This document shows, piece after piece, positions 1 to 8,553 of a DNA stretch of 64,000 nt. The notes beneath the pieces are model-generated. The model worked only from the letters and a program-made list of their open reading frames with translations, made no database searches and had not been told where the DNA came from. The stretch spans positions 368 through 64,367 of the forward strand of contig JAKVAO010000003.1 of assembly GCA_022447685.1 (NCBI GenBank). Direction: 5' to 3'. Both the position numbers and the translations under genes were made by a program. The stretch's first letter is position 1; the number at the start of each line of letters is the position of its first letter. The stretch is from Candidatus Caenarcanales bacterium. Its GTDB lineage: Bacteria; Cyanobacteriota; Vampirovibrionia; LMEP-6097.

Positions 1-41
1 AGAAGTTGTATGTAATACTTATTTTGAAAAGGTTTCCAGGT

Positions 42-593
42 TTATATGGATTTAATATCTGCAAGTATTTCAGCTGCGTGCTTACTTGGATTTACATTTG
101 GGTAAAACTTAAGGATATTACCTTCTCTATCTATTAAGTAAGATATTCTTTTGATGAAAAGTCCATCAGCATCGTAGGCTTTTACAGCTACCTTCTTAGG
201 GTCTGATAATAAATCAAAAGGTAAGTTGTATTTCTTGATAAATTTTTGATGACTTTCAGGGCTATCTCCACTTATTCCAAATACTTGTACATCAAGATTT
301 TTGAATTCATTAATATTATCTCTGATAGAACATGCTTCCATGGTGCATCCAGGTGTATCATCTTTAGGATAAAAGTATATTAATACGTACTTGCCTTGAT
401 ATGAGCTTAGACTCTGTTCTTTTGAGTTTTGATCTAATAATGTAAAATCTGGTGCTATGTCGCCAACTGCTAATTCTGTTTTCATTGAAATTTTCTCCTC
501 ATTAGTTGAAGATAAACCTGGTATCCAAGATGCACATGAGCTTAAAGCAAAGCTAAAAGTGATACAAAATATTAGATACTTCAGTTTATTCAT
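42..593 (-). CDS. bcp: Bcp-type peroxiredoxin (thiol peroxidase, AhpC/TSA family), lipoprotein-like signal peptide
   Basis: ORF 42..704 carries the motif FYPKDDTPGCTMEACSIRD, typical of Bcp peroxidatic/resolving Cys. Start trimmed to ATG at 593 (MNKLKYLIFCITFSFALSSCAS, a lipobox-like signal). The upstream extension of the ORF-track model was rejected. Confidence 0.75.
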   Translation of the reverse strand: MNKLKYLIFCITFSFALSSCASWIPGLSSTNEEKISMKTELAVGDIAPDFTLLDQNSKEQSLSSYQGKYVLIYFYPKDDTPGCTMEACSIRDNINEFKNLDVQVFGISGDSPESHQKFIKKYNLPFDLLSDPKKVAVKAYDADGLFIKRISYLIDREGNILKFYPNVNPSKHAAEILADIKSI

Positions 594-603
594 ATTTAAT
601 ATA

Positions 604-1770
604 TTACCCTTCTTTAACAGCAAATCCCTCTTTATCCACACCACTATAAGAAAAACTATCTTCAACTTTGAAAATCGTTGTATCTTCTTCAGTCTGATAT
701 TCACAAATCATTTGTAATTGATCTGAACCTGTATTGTTTAGACCTAGATTCGTTTTAATTTTGATACTCGATTTAGCTGCTAGTTCTAATATTTCTGGAA
801 AGCTATAGCGAAGTTTACTGGTATCAGCAAGGCTGCAATTACTAAGGCTTATAAAGTTCGGTGACATATTCTTTATTACAGCAAACTCATCGCCAATGAC
901 TTTTAGTTTTTCTATTGCAAATAAGGCTGTATCTGCTTTAGTCGCAAATAATTTTCTTTTATCGAAGCCCTGAATGAAAAAGTAATTTTTCCCATTGGAT
1001 TCTTCTTGGAATGTATGTTTACTAATATCAATTGAATTTAAATTTTCTCTTTCAATTAAAAAAGTTTTTAGTGGGTTTTCACTGACAATATCTATACTGT
1101 CATTATATTTAGCTATATCGATATAGCAGAATTTAATAGCTTGAGATATTTTACTTTTAAAGCCTTGATCGTAATAAAATACTTCTAATGAATTTTCACC
1201 ATCTACAAGTGAATTGAAATTATTTTCGATATTAGATTTATTTAGACTGAAGTGGATATCTTCATAAGATAGCTCTTTGTTGTAATCTAGGATAAGTTTC
1301 TGTATTAATAATTTCCAGTTGTTTAGATCACTTAGTATTTGTTTACTTTCAATACCTGTATCCAAAGCTACTGGAGCGACTTTAAGTTTTTCTTTGAGGC
1401 TTATGTTTTTGGATTTTAAATAGTTGCTTTGTAATTTTATGTTTATAGTATAAGTCCCGTAAGGTAGGTCTTCTGGAGTCTCGATCTTCAGTTCATCAAA
1501 ATTGCTACTAATTATATTTAGCTGATATTGTGAATCATTATTGATGTTTTCTAATTTAACTCTATAAATTTCTGTAAGATTTGCTATGAAGCCCTTACCG
1601 GAGATTGCTAGGTCCTCCCCTGGACTAATTATCTTTGTCTTCAAATTCAATTTAGATATTGGGTTGAAGTGCTTTCTAGATTTTGCATTTAATTGTGAGC
1701 ATGTAAATATGCTTATAATTAGTAATAGTAAAAGTAATTGCTTAAGCCTTTTTAGATTTTTTCTTTTCAT
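604..1770 (-). CDS. hypothetical secreted protein
   Basis: Long ORF. Start moved to internal ATG giving MKRKNLKRLKQLLLLLLIISIFTCSQLNA, a classic signal peptide. No recognisable catalytic motif. Confidence 0.5.
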   Translation of the reverse strand: MKRKNLKRLKQLLLLLLIISIFTCSQLNAKSRKHFNPISKLNLKTKIISPGEDLAISGKGFIANLTEIYRVKLENINNDSQYQLNIISSNFDELKIETPEDLPYGTYTINIKLQSNYLKSKNISLKEKLKVAPVALDTGIESKQILSDLNNWKLLIQKLILDYNKELSYEDIHFSLNKSNIENNFNSLVDGENSLEVFYYDQGFKSKISQAIKFCYIDIAKYNDSIDIVSENPLKTFLIERENLNSIDISKHTFQEESNGKNYFFIQGFDKRKLFATKADTALFAIEKLKVIGDEFAVIKNMSPNFISLSNCSLADTSKLRYSFPEILELAAKSSIKIKTNLGLNNTGSDQLQMICEYQTEEDTTIFKVEDSFSYSGVDKEGFAVKEG

Positions 1771-3400
1771 ATTTTCTTTTCCTTTTTTTATATTCTTTTG
1801 AGAGCCAAGAACCAGTTCGTGCATCTAGATTTGCTGTTAGACTTTCATATTCAAGTATGTTTTCTATTCTTTGTTCGAAGGGATTGTCTAAGAGTTTTAA
1901 AATTAGAGCTTTTCTCTCGAAATAAATCTGATTCAATTCTGCAAGTAGGTTCTCGCGAATATTGGCTATTAGTCTAGAACTATTTACTATGTCTAAAACC
2001 TCTGGATCATAGATTAGGCGATCTAAGTGCCATGTGAATCTAAAGCCAAATTCAATTTCATCATCATTTGAATTTTGAGAATTTTCTTCAAACCTAGTTC
2101 TGATAGAGCTTTCTTTTGAGTCAAATTCATCAAAACCTTCATTGTTTAAAACTAAAGAAGAGAAACCTGACTGATCTAAGTAGCTGCTAAATTGTGGGAG
2201 TAAATTTCTTAAACGTGCAGAGCGTTTATATGCCCTGAGCTTTTTTCCAGTTGGGATGGCTGCAAACTTAAGTGCTTTACTGTAAAGTTCCTCTAGTTTA
2301 GGTTCAAGCTTAAGTCTAAGCCCTAGATCATCTTCTAGTATGTGATTTGATTCTATTTTGGATTGGTAATACTTGCTGGAACTAAGTTCTAAGTTCCTAG
2401 GTGTTCCATTTATCGAAAATTGATATTTGAAAAGTTTACCTTGATTATTACCTATGAGCATAAGTAAAGATTCTTGACTCAGTTCCTGGAAGTCTATAGC
2501 GCTAATTCCATAGCTATAGTTTTCATCTAATCTTTGTTGTTTGATATCAATTTTTTGCCAAGAACTAAGCTCTGCTTTATTTTCGAGTTTGCAGTAGTAA
2601 ATACTATTTTCTAAAGTTAGGAAAATATAGTCTTGCCATATCGATAAATCAATAATTTCTAATTGAGCTAGATTGGGGTTGAATTGACTTGAATCGCTAA
2701 TCTTGGACCAGGATTTAGATCTATAGTTTACTTGGAATATGCCGTTATCCATTGCAAGTAAGATTGAAGAGTCATTAACTTTAATGGCAAAGCTTCTATA
2801 GAGATCAAAGTCTTCATTGAACTCTAAGCCGTGATTAAATTTCTCGTAGCTTTTTTTCTTAGTATTGATTTTGAAAATACCATTTTCAGTAATGGCCAAT
2901 ATTTGTTTTTGGAATTCTACTAATAGATAGACTTTAAAATCTAAGTCTAAATACTTGCCCCACTTTTTTTCTTTAATGTCTTTTTGGTAAATTCCTTGCT
3001 CAGTTGCGAGATATAAATTTTTCTTGATCTTGATCGCATCAAAGACTGGGAACTTATCAAAGTTAATTTGCTTTTCTATGAAAAGACCTTGGCTGGATGC
3101 AAGGAATATATCATCCTCTAATTTTTTAATTCGGTAAACTCTGAAAAAATCATCAGCATTGAAATTATTTCTAAGTTCAAGTCTAGATGAATTAATAAAA
3201 ACATTACTTGCTTGTGAGTAGATAAGATAGTCGTTATCGGTGAATATTGCGTCAATGGCTTCAGCGCTAAGAGAATTAGCGCCAGCTAGATTCGATGTTT
3301 TTGCGCTTAGTTTTCCAAAATATATATAGGAAAATAAAAAAAATACTAAGCTGAGTGACAGAATTGGGTGAAATATAGTATTCTTATTATGTTCAAGTTT
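1742..3400 (-). CDS. hypothetical secreted repeat protein (possible beta-propeller-like repeats), start undetermined
   Basis: Long ORF 1742..3493, but its 5' end overlaps tRNA-Gln (3402..3476), so the true start must lie at or below 3400. No in-frame ATG near there, so probably a non-ATG start. Hydrophobic N-terminal stretch ILSLSLVFFLFSYIYF. Recurrent ..NGIF.(I/V)N.. and ..QGIYQKD.. motifs suggest a repeat/propeller fold. Confidence 0.45.
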   Translation of the reverse strand, partial: KLEHNKNTIFHPILSLSLVFFLFSYIYFGKLSAKTSNLAGANSLSAEAIDAIFTDNDYLIYSQASNVFINSSRLELRNNFNADDFFRVYRIKKLEDDIFLASSQGLFIEKQINFDKFPVFDAIKIKKNLYLATEQGIYQKDIKEKKWGKYLDLDFKVYLLVEFQKQILAITENGIFKINTKKKSYEKFNHGLEFNEDFDLYRSFAIKVNDSSILLAMDNGIFQVNYRSKSWSKISDSSQFNPNLAQLEIIDLSIWQDYIFLTLENSIYYCKLENKAELSSWQKIDIKQQRLDENYSYGISAIDFQELSQESLLMLIGNNQGKLFKYQFSINGTPRNLELSSSKYYQSKIESNHILEDDLGLRLKLEPKLEELYSKALKFAAIPTGKKLRAYKRSARLRNLLPQFSSYLDQSGFSSLVLNNEGFDEFDSKESSIRTRFEENSQNSNDDEIEFGFRFTWHLDRLIYDPEVLDIVNSSRLIANIRENLLAELNQIYFERKALILKLLDNPFEQRIENILEYESLTANLDARTGSWLSKEYKKRKRKYEKKKSKKA

Positions 3401-3401
3401 T

Positions 3402-3476
3402 TGGGGAGTCGCCAAGTGGTAAGGCAGCGGGTTTTGGTCTCGCCATTCGTGGGTTCGAATCCTACCTCCCCAGCCA
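3402..3476 (+). tRNA. tRNA-Gln (anticodon UUG)
   Basis: 75 nt cloverleaf folded by hand. Acceptor TGGGGAG/CTCCCCA, D-arm GCCA..GGCA, anticodon stem GCGGG/CTCGC with loop TTTTGGT (anticodon TTG), T-arm GTGGG-TTCGAAT-CCTAC, discriminator G plus encoded CCA. Close to E. coli tRNA-Gln. Confidence 0.85.
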
Positions 3477-3616
3477 TTATTTTTTTCTCTCAATAGTTTT
3501 TTGAAATTAATACATTGATCTCCTTTATTTCATATTAAGGCTTTTAGATTTAATATTGAAAGGGGTCATTTTTCCGCAAAAATAGAAAGCTGAAATTAAT
3601 ATAAAAATAAAAAGTT

Positions 3617-3646
3617 TTCAATGAATAAGCCTGGCTAACATATGAT
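3617..3646 (+). promoter_or_regulatory. putative sigma70-type promoter for tRNA-Lys (TTCAAT-N18-TATGAT)
   Basis: -35-like TTCAAT 3617..3622 and -10 TATGAT 3641..3646, about 17 nt upstream of the tRNA 5' end. Confidence 0.3.
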
Positions 3647-3663
3647 ATAGTAGTAATTCGTGA

Positions 3664-3738
3664 GCGCCAGTAGCTCAGGGGTAGAGCACTCGGCTTTTAA
3701 CCGATTGGTCGAAGGTTCAAATCCTTCCTGGCGCACCA
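3664..3738 (+). tRNA. tRNA-Lys (anticodon UUU)
   Basis: 75 nt. Acceptor GCGCCAG/CTGGCGC perfect, D-arm GCTC-AGGGGTA-GAGC, anticodon loop CTTTTAA (TTT), variable TGGTC, T-arm GAAGG-TTCAAAT-CCTTC, discriminator A plus CCA. Confidence 0.85.
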
Positions 3739-3747
3739 TTTATATTA

Positions 3748-3787
3748 AAAGAGGATTTGACTTTTAGTTGGATCCTCTTTTTGTTTT
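3748..3787 (+). terminator. hairpin plus T-tract after tRNA-Lys
   Basis: AAAGAGGAT ... ATCCTCTTT 9-bp stem (3748..3756 / 3772..3780) followed by TTGTTTT. Confidence 0.45.
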
Positions 3788-3806
3788 AAAGATTTAAAAA
3801 ATAAAC

Positions 3807-3833
3807 TAGAGTATTTGGACTAAGTGCCGATAA
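3807..3833 (+). promoter_or_regulatory. sigma28 (FliA)-type promoter upstream of flagellin: perfect -10 GCCGATAA
   Basis: GCCGATAA at 3826..3833 matches the sigma28 -10 consensus exactly. TAGA 15 nt upstream (3807..3810) is a 3/4 match to TAAA. About 28 nt upstream of the flagellin start, and a fliA-family sigma gene is in the window. Confidence 0.5.
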
Positions 3834-3861
3834 CTCATACTAAATAGAAGAGGGGGTGCTG

Positions 3862-4809
3862 ATGATTTCATTACATAGTAATTTAACGGGTAGTGTCGCT
3901 AGTAGAATTAATAAGACCACAGATCAAATTTCCGGAAAAATAGAAAAACTTTCTACTGGAAAACGAGTGAATAGGGCTGGAGATGATGTCGCTAGTCTTT
4001 CGATATCAGCTAAATTAGATTCAAAAATCAAGGGTCTTGGTCAAGCTAAGAAAAATATTATGGGTGCAATTGGACACTTAGATGTTGCCTCTGGCGCAAT
4101 GAATGCTACTTTGGATAATCTTCAAAGAATTAGAGAGCTTTTCGTTCAAGGTTCAAATGGAACTAATTCAGTTGATGAGCTTGATGCACTTCAAAGAGAA
4201 GTAAATGAAATTGTTAAATCTCAAGTCGATATTGCTGATAATACCACCGTTGTTGTGAAAGAAAGAGAGTGGATTCCAGGGCTCGTAGCAGATCGATCAA
4301 AAATTGTTGGGCGAGGCGAGTTTGGCTTAGTTGGATTTTTGACTGATTATCAAGTTGGCTCTGAAGATGGTCAGAGTATTACGTTTGGTACAAACACCGG
4401 AGGGTTTATGAGTATGGATCCAAGAAGAAATGGTGCAGCAATTAATGCTGGTATTGCATCAGCAGATGATTATATGGATAGGTTAAAAATAGACGGTTCG
4501 AGTATAGACTCTTACGATGGTACGTCAACATCAACCACAAATCCTTTAGAAGTAATAGATACTATGATTGGAAATGTGACCGAGTCAATATCTAGAGTTG
4601 CAGCTACATATAGCTCTATGCAAGCAAGATTTAATGCTGTAGAGGCAGAAGAACTTTCACTCAACAAAGCACTGTCTCACTTTAATGATGTTGATGTTGC
4701 TAAAACTAGTTCAAAACTTCTAAAGGAACAGATAAAACAACAAACCGCTAGTGCAGTATACTCTCAAGCTAATACTCAATCACAATTTGTATTGGGTTTA
4801 ATACCATAG
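3862..4809 (+). CDS. fliC: flagellin (short-type, N- and C-terminal flagellin domains)
   Basis: N-terminus ...KLSTGKRVNRAGDDVASLSISAKLDSKIKGLGQAKKNIMGAIGHLDVASGAMNATLDNLQRIRELFVQGSNGTNSVDELDALQREVNEI matches the flagellin_N pattern (KLSSG.RIN.A.DDAAG..I...+...I.GL.QA.RNA.DGIS..QTAEGAL.E....LQR+REL.VQ). C-terminus SMQARFNAVEAEELSLNKALSHFNDVDVAKTSSKLLKEQIKQQTASAVYSQANTQSQFVLGLI matches flagellin_C. Start set to ATG 3862 with RBS GAGGGGG 5 nt upstream; the ORF-track GTG at 3856 was rejected. Confidence 0.85.
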   Translation: MISLHSNLTGSVASRINKTTDQISGKIEKLSTGKRVNRAGDDVASLSISAKLDSKIKGLGQAKKNIMGAIGHLDVASGAMNATLDNLQRIRELFVQGSNGTNSVDELDALQREVNEIVKSQVDIADNTTVVVKEREWIPGLVADRSKIVGRGEFGLVGFLTDYQVGSEDGQSITFGTNTGGFMSMDPRRNGAAINAGIASADDYMDRLKIDGSSIDSYDGTSTSTTNPLEVIDTMIGNVTESISRVAATYSSMQARFNAVEAEELSLNKALSHFNDVDVAKTSSKLLKEQIKQQTASAVYSQANTQSQFVLGLIP

Positions 4810-4860
4810 AGTATCTTCTTAATATTTCAAAATAATCAAGAAATACTATAATAAACCAAT

Positions 4861-5853
4861 ATGAAAATAGCATTTTTTAACACTAAAGAATACGATCGTG
4901 AGTTCTTTGATAAGTATAATGAAGAATATCAATTTGAGATTGAATACTTTAAAGCCGAGCTAAACCCCAAGACTGCAAAGCTTGCTTATGGTTCTGAAGC
5001 CGTGTGTGCTTTTGTTAATGATAATTTAGGTGATGAGACTCTAACAGAATTAAGTAAGCTAGGAGTTAAGCTAGTACTATTACGTTGTGCAGGTTTTAAT
5101 AATTGTGATCTGGGTGCTGCAAAGCAGAATGGTCTTGTAATAATGAGGGTTCCTGAATACTCTCCTTTCGCAGTTGCTGAACACGCTGTGGGTTTAATAT
5201 TAAGTTTGAGTAGGAAATTCCACAAAGCCTATAATAGAACAAGAGACGCTAATTTCTCTTTAGAGGGACTAATGGGTTTTGACTTACATGCTAAGACAGT
5301 AGGCGTGATTGGCACTGGTAAAATAGGTTTAATTTTGATCAAAATTCTAAATGGCTTTGGAGTGAAAGTTCTTGCCTATGATCCATATCCTGTTCAGGAC
5401 AAGAAAGGCTTGGATTTTGAATATTGTGATCTGAAAACTTTATACGTAAGCTCAGATATTATTACTTTGCAATGTCCACTTACTAAAGACTCTTTCCACA
5501 TGGTTAACAGTGAAAGTATTAATGATATGAAAGATGGAGTAATTATCATTAATACCAGCCGTGGTGCATTGATTAACGCAAAGGATATGATACTTGGTTT
5601 GAAGAACAAGAAAGTTGGCGGACTTGCAATTGATGTCTATGAAGAGGAAAGCGAGATTTTCTTTAAAGATATGTCTTCGAAAATCATTGAGGATGATACT
5701 TTGATGCGTTTGATGAGTTTTCCTAATGTTCTAGTTACTGGTCATCAGGCTTTCTTTACAGATACTGCTATGGAAAATATTGCTAAGACTACTCTTGCTA
5801 ATGCCAAATCATTCCAAGAACAGAACTATAGTGTTGGTGGAACCATAGTATAG
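4861..5853 (+). CDS. ldhA: D-lactate dehydrogenase (D-isomer-specific 2-hydroxyacid dehydrogenase, NAD-dependent)
   Basis: Near-collinear with E. coli LdhA: MKIAFF.TKEYD...LRCAGFNNCDLGAAKQNGL..RVPEYSPFAVAEHAVGL...RTRDANFSLEGLMGF...GVIGTGKIG...NTSRGALI...VTGHQAFFT. Confidence 0.9.
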   Translation: MKIAFFNTKEYDREFFDKYNEEYQFEIEYFKAELNPKTAKLAYGSEAVCAFVNDNLGDETLTELSKLGVKLVLLRCAGFNNCDLGAAKQNGLVIMRVPEYSPFAVAEHAVGLILSLSRKFHKAYNRTRDANFSLEGLMGFDLHAKTVGVIGTGKIGLILIKILNGFGVKVLAYDPYPVQDKKGLDFEYCDLKTLYVSSDIITLQCPLTKDSFHMVNSESINDMKDGVIIINTSRGALINAKDMILGLKNKKVGGLAIDVYEEESEIFFKDMSSKIIEDDTLMRLMSFPNVLVTGHQAFFTDTAMENIAKTTLANAKSFQEQNYSVGGTIV

Positions 5854-6520
5854 CAGGATAAGCAGCAAGCCAAGTCCAAACAAATCTATTAAAACCAAAA
5901 ATAAAACTCATTCCTAGGTGAAAACAAAAAGCTAGAAGAAGAGCTATAACTAAACTTGTTTGATGAATGAGGGCTAGTGGAAATAGTAATTCGAAAAGAA
6001 TAACAGCCCAAGATAGTATCAACAATAATGTAGCTTGAGAACTTAGTTTCCTTAAAGATTCACTACTGGGATATGCAGAAAATTCAAATAAGTCTTGAAG
6101 CGCTTTTCCATTTCGCCAATCAGGATTCATGATCTTAACTGAGCCTGCGATAAAGTACGACATAAGTAATTGCAAAGCCAGATATCCAAAAGCGTAGACT
6201 TGCCATTCAAGTTCAGTTGAAAATCTTGACATGCATAGAACACTTAGAATGAGAATGCTCATACTATCGCTGCCGCCATTATAAGGACCTTGGAAGTATT
6301 TCAAAATGAAAAGCCTGTTAATAAAAAGTATTAGTAATATCCATTTGCTGAGCGTTGTAGCAGATATTAATGCTGCAACTAAAAGAGCTGTGCTGTAGAT
6401 AAATTTTGTTACAAACAAGCGTCTTTCTTGTTTGATTGAACTAAAATGCTCTATGCTCTGTTGCATGAACGCGATAGCAAGAAATATTTCAGTGAAGCGT
6501 ATACAAGATTCAAGGTTCAT
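5798..6520 (-). CDS. polytopic integral membrane protein, unknown function
   Basis: 240-aa ORF with about 6 hydrophobic segments. Its start overlaps the stop of the upstream ORF by 4 nt (ATGA), which suggests translational coupling. Confidence 0.45.
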   Translation of the reverse strand: MNLESCIRFTEIFLAIAFMQQSIEHFSSIKQERRLFVTKFIYSTALLVAALISATTLSKWILLILFINRLFILKYFQGPYNGGSDSMSILILSVLCMSRFSTELEWQVYAFGYLALQLLMSYFIAGSVKIMNPDWRNGKALQDLFEFSAYPSSESLRKLSSQATLLLILSWAVILFELLFPLALIHQTSLVIALLLAFCFHLGMSFIFGFNRFVWTWLAAYPAILWFHQHYSSVLGMIWH

Positions 6521-6930
6521 TTAGGCTTGACCTCGTGAAGCTCAGATGTGAATAAAACTTCTCTATTCAGTTCTGTTTTATCTCTGTGAACAAAAACTAA
6601 TCTAAATTGAAATTTAGATGTCTCTTTGATTTCAGCAGAATTTTGAAGTTCTCTTTCGATACGCTCTTTAATTTCCCTGTAGCAGTGTGGGCTTGGCGTG
6701 ATGATATACTTCTCAGCGCAGTTAATTAGATAAAGATACTCATTCCAGTATGCGTTATAGAATATATTTTTAATACTTTCTATAACTGAGACACTTTGAG
6801 ATCTTGGGCGAAATTCTTGCCAATTACCGTTTGAAACTATATATTCAATTCGAGGTGATGGGGCAATCTCATAAAAAAATCTCCAGGAAGGTATTAGAGC
6901 TGGTATTAAGAGCTTTAAGATTTGCAGCAT
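6517..6930 (-). CDS. hypothetical soluble protein, translationally coupled to the downstream membrane protein
   Basis: 137-aa ORF with a charged C-terminal half (YREIKERIERELQNSAEIKE...). ATGA overlap with the next gene. Confidence 0.4.
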   Translation of the reverse strand: MLQILKLLIPALIPSWRFFYEIAPSPRIEYIVSNGNWQEFRPRSQSVSVIESIKNIFYNAYWNEYLYLINCAEKYIITPSPHCYREIKERIERELQNSAEIKETSKFQFRLVFVHRDKTELNREVLFTSELHEVKPK

Positions 6931-6932
6931 GC

Positions 6933-8405
6933 TTACTTAAATTTACTAGTTTTTTTTGAATTGTTGCTTCTTCTTTTTTTAGAAAATGAGTGTTTGAAAT
7001 TCTTTCCATCTTTTGCTGGGAATTTTTTGTGTTTATTAGACTGTTTGTGGGATTTACTTTTATTGTACTTACCCATTTGTTCTTCGAAAACCATTCCTGC
7101 GTCTAATTCTTTGAATTTATTCTGTGCAATATATTTAAGCATTAGCGCAAAAACCTGCTCTTCTGTAAGATTCATGTCTTCACAAATAACAAGGAAATTC
7201 TCTAATAGCTTCTCATCTTTCTCGCTTACTCTTATTTGAGCAAGTTCATCTCTTAGTGACCTTAAATTTTTCTTTTCTAGATCTTTAATGCTCGGAACTT
7301 GAGCTTCTTCTAAACGCAGTTTCTTCATGCGTGCAGTCTTTTTCATGTTCTCTAATTCTTTTCTTGCAATAAAACTTAAGGCAAGTCCTCCTCTACCGGC
7401 TCTACCTGTTCTTCCAATTCTATGAACATAGTCCTCACCAAATCTAGGGAAGTCATAGTTAACTACAGCTTCTAAGTCATCTATGTCTATTCCTCTTGCA
7501 GCAACATCTGTTGCGATTAGGAACCTTATATTACCTTTTCTGAAAGCTGACATTACTTGTGCTCTTTTCTTTTGATCCAAGTCACCATGAAGTGCAGCTG
7601 CTGTATACTTACTGTTCATTAATTGCTCAGCAAGCTCATCTACTTTAATTTTGGTATTACAGAAAATTAAGGCTGATTCAAAGTTATAGAAAGTAATAAG
7701 CCTTTTTAGTGCTTCAAATTTACTAGCTGGACTGATTTGGTAATAGACTTGTTTGATTTGTTTACTTTGTTCTTTTTGATCCATAACATTTACATGTTTA
7801 GGATTGTTTTGAAAATCTTCCATTAAGCTCATTAACTTTTTGTTCATGGTTGCTGAGAACATAACAGTTTGTCTGTCTTCTGGAGTTTCTGAAAGTATAG
7901 TTTTCATATCTTCATAGAAGCCCATGTCTATCATTTGATCAGCTTCATCTAGAATTACTGTATTGAGGTAATCAAGTTTGATGGTACCTCTACGCTGGTG
8001 ATCCATTACTCTTCCAGGTGTGCCGACTATAATTTGTCTTTTCGCTCTCTTTAAAGCTTTTAGTTGGATACTGATATTTTGTCCACCATATATAGCTATA
8101 GTTTCTATATCTGGATGCATTTGGGTTATTTTTTTGAACTCATCTGATACTTGTATTGCAAGTTCTCTAGTTGGACATAGAACCAAAATCTGTATATCGT
8201 CGATCTCTGGAGTAATATTCTCGACAGCAGGAATAGCGAAGGCAACGGTTTTCCCTGTCCCTGTTTGTGCTTGCCCAATTATATCCTCTCCTTCAAGTAA
8301 AAGAGGTATAGCTTTAGCCTGAATAGGGGTAGCTTCATCAAATCCCATTTGCTCTAAGGCAGAGAGGGTATTTGCAGATATTTTGAATTCGTTGAATTTA
8401 GACAA
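6933..8405 (-). CDS. DEAD-box ATP-dependent RNA helicase with Lys-rich C-terminal tail
   Basis: Motifs AQTGTGKT (Walker A), PTRELA, VLDEAD, SAT, ARGIDI and HRIGRTGRAG are all present. The basic K/R-rich tail is typical of DeaD/CshA-type helicases. Confidence 0.9.
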   Translation of the reverse strand: MSKFNEFKISANTLSALEQMGFDEATPIQAKAIPLLLEGEDIIGQAQTGTGKTVAFAIPAVENITPEIDDIQILVLCPTRELAIQVSDEFKKITQMHPDIETIAIYGGQNISIQLKALKRAKRQIIVGTPGRVMDHQRRGTIKLDYLNTVILDEADQMIDMGFYEDMKTILSETPEDRQTVMFSATMNKKLMSLMEDFQNNPKHVNVMDQKEQSKQIKQVYYQISPASKFEALKRLITFYNFESALIFCNTKIKVDELAEQLMNSKYTAAALHGDLDQKKRAQVMSAFRKGNIRFLIATDVAARGIDIDDLEAVVNYDFPRFGEDYVHRIGRTGRAGRGGLALSFIARKELENMKKTARMKKLRLEEAQVPSIKDLEKKNLRSLRDELAQIRVSEKDEKLLENFLVICEDMNLTEEQVFALMLKYIAQNKFKELDAGMVFEEQMGKYNKSKSHKQSNKHKKFPAKDGKNFKHSFSKKRRSNNSKKTSKFK

Positions 8406-8553
8406 GACTGGCTAATATTAGCAGATATTCTGATAAAAAGCTTGAAATGTGAAAAAAAAATAATTGTTAACTACTGTTACATATATAATAACTATACAAT
8501 TTTAACCAAATGTTATTATTGTTCTGTTATTTTAATTTTAGTTGATCGAGAAT

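Noticed and set aside
604-704. Upstream extension of the peroxiredoxin ORF (start at 704)
   Set aside because: The extension precedes the signal peptide and overlaps the neighbouring gene. The internal ATG at 593 gives a canonical lipoprotein-type leader.
457-717. 86-aa plus-strand ORF
   Set aside because: Lies entirely antisense within the Bcp peroxiredoxin gene and the following intergenic region. Low-complexity, no RBS.
1586-1801. 71-aa plus-strand ORF
   Set aside because: Antisense inside two overlapping minus-strand genes. Phe/Leu-rich, a typical AT-rich artefact.
4986-5609. Two minus-strand ORFs (79 and 71 aa) inside ldhA
   Set aside because: Antisense to a confidently identified, full-length ldhA.
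6922-8322. Plus-strand ORFs of 105 and 100 aa
   Set aside because: Antisense within the DEAD-box helicase gene.
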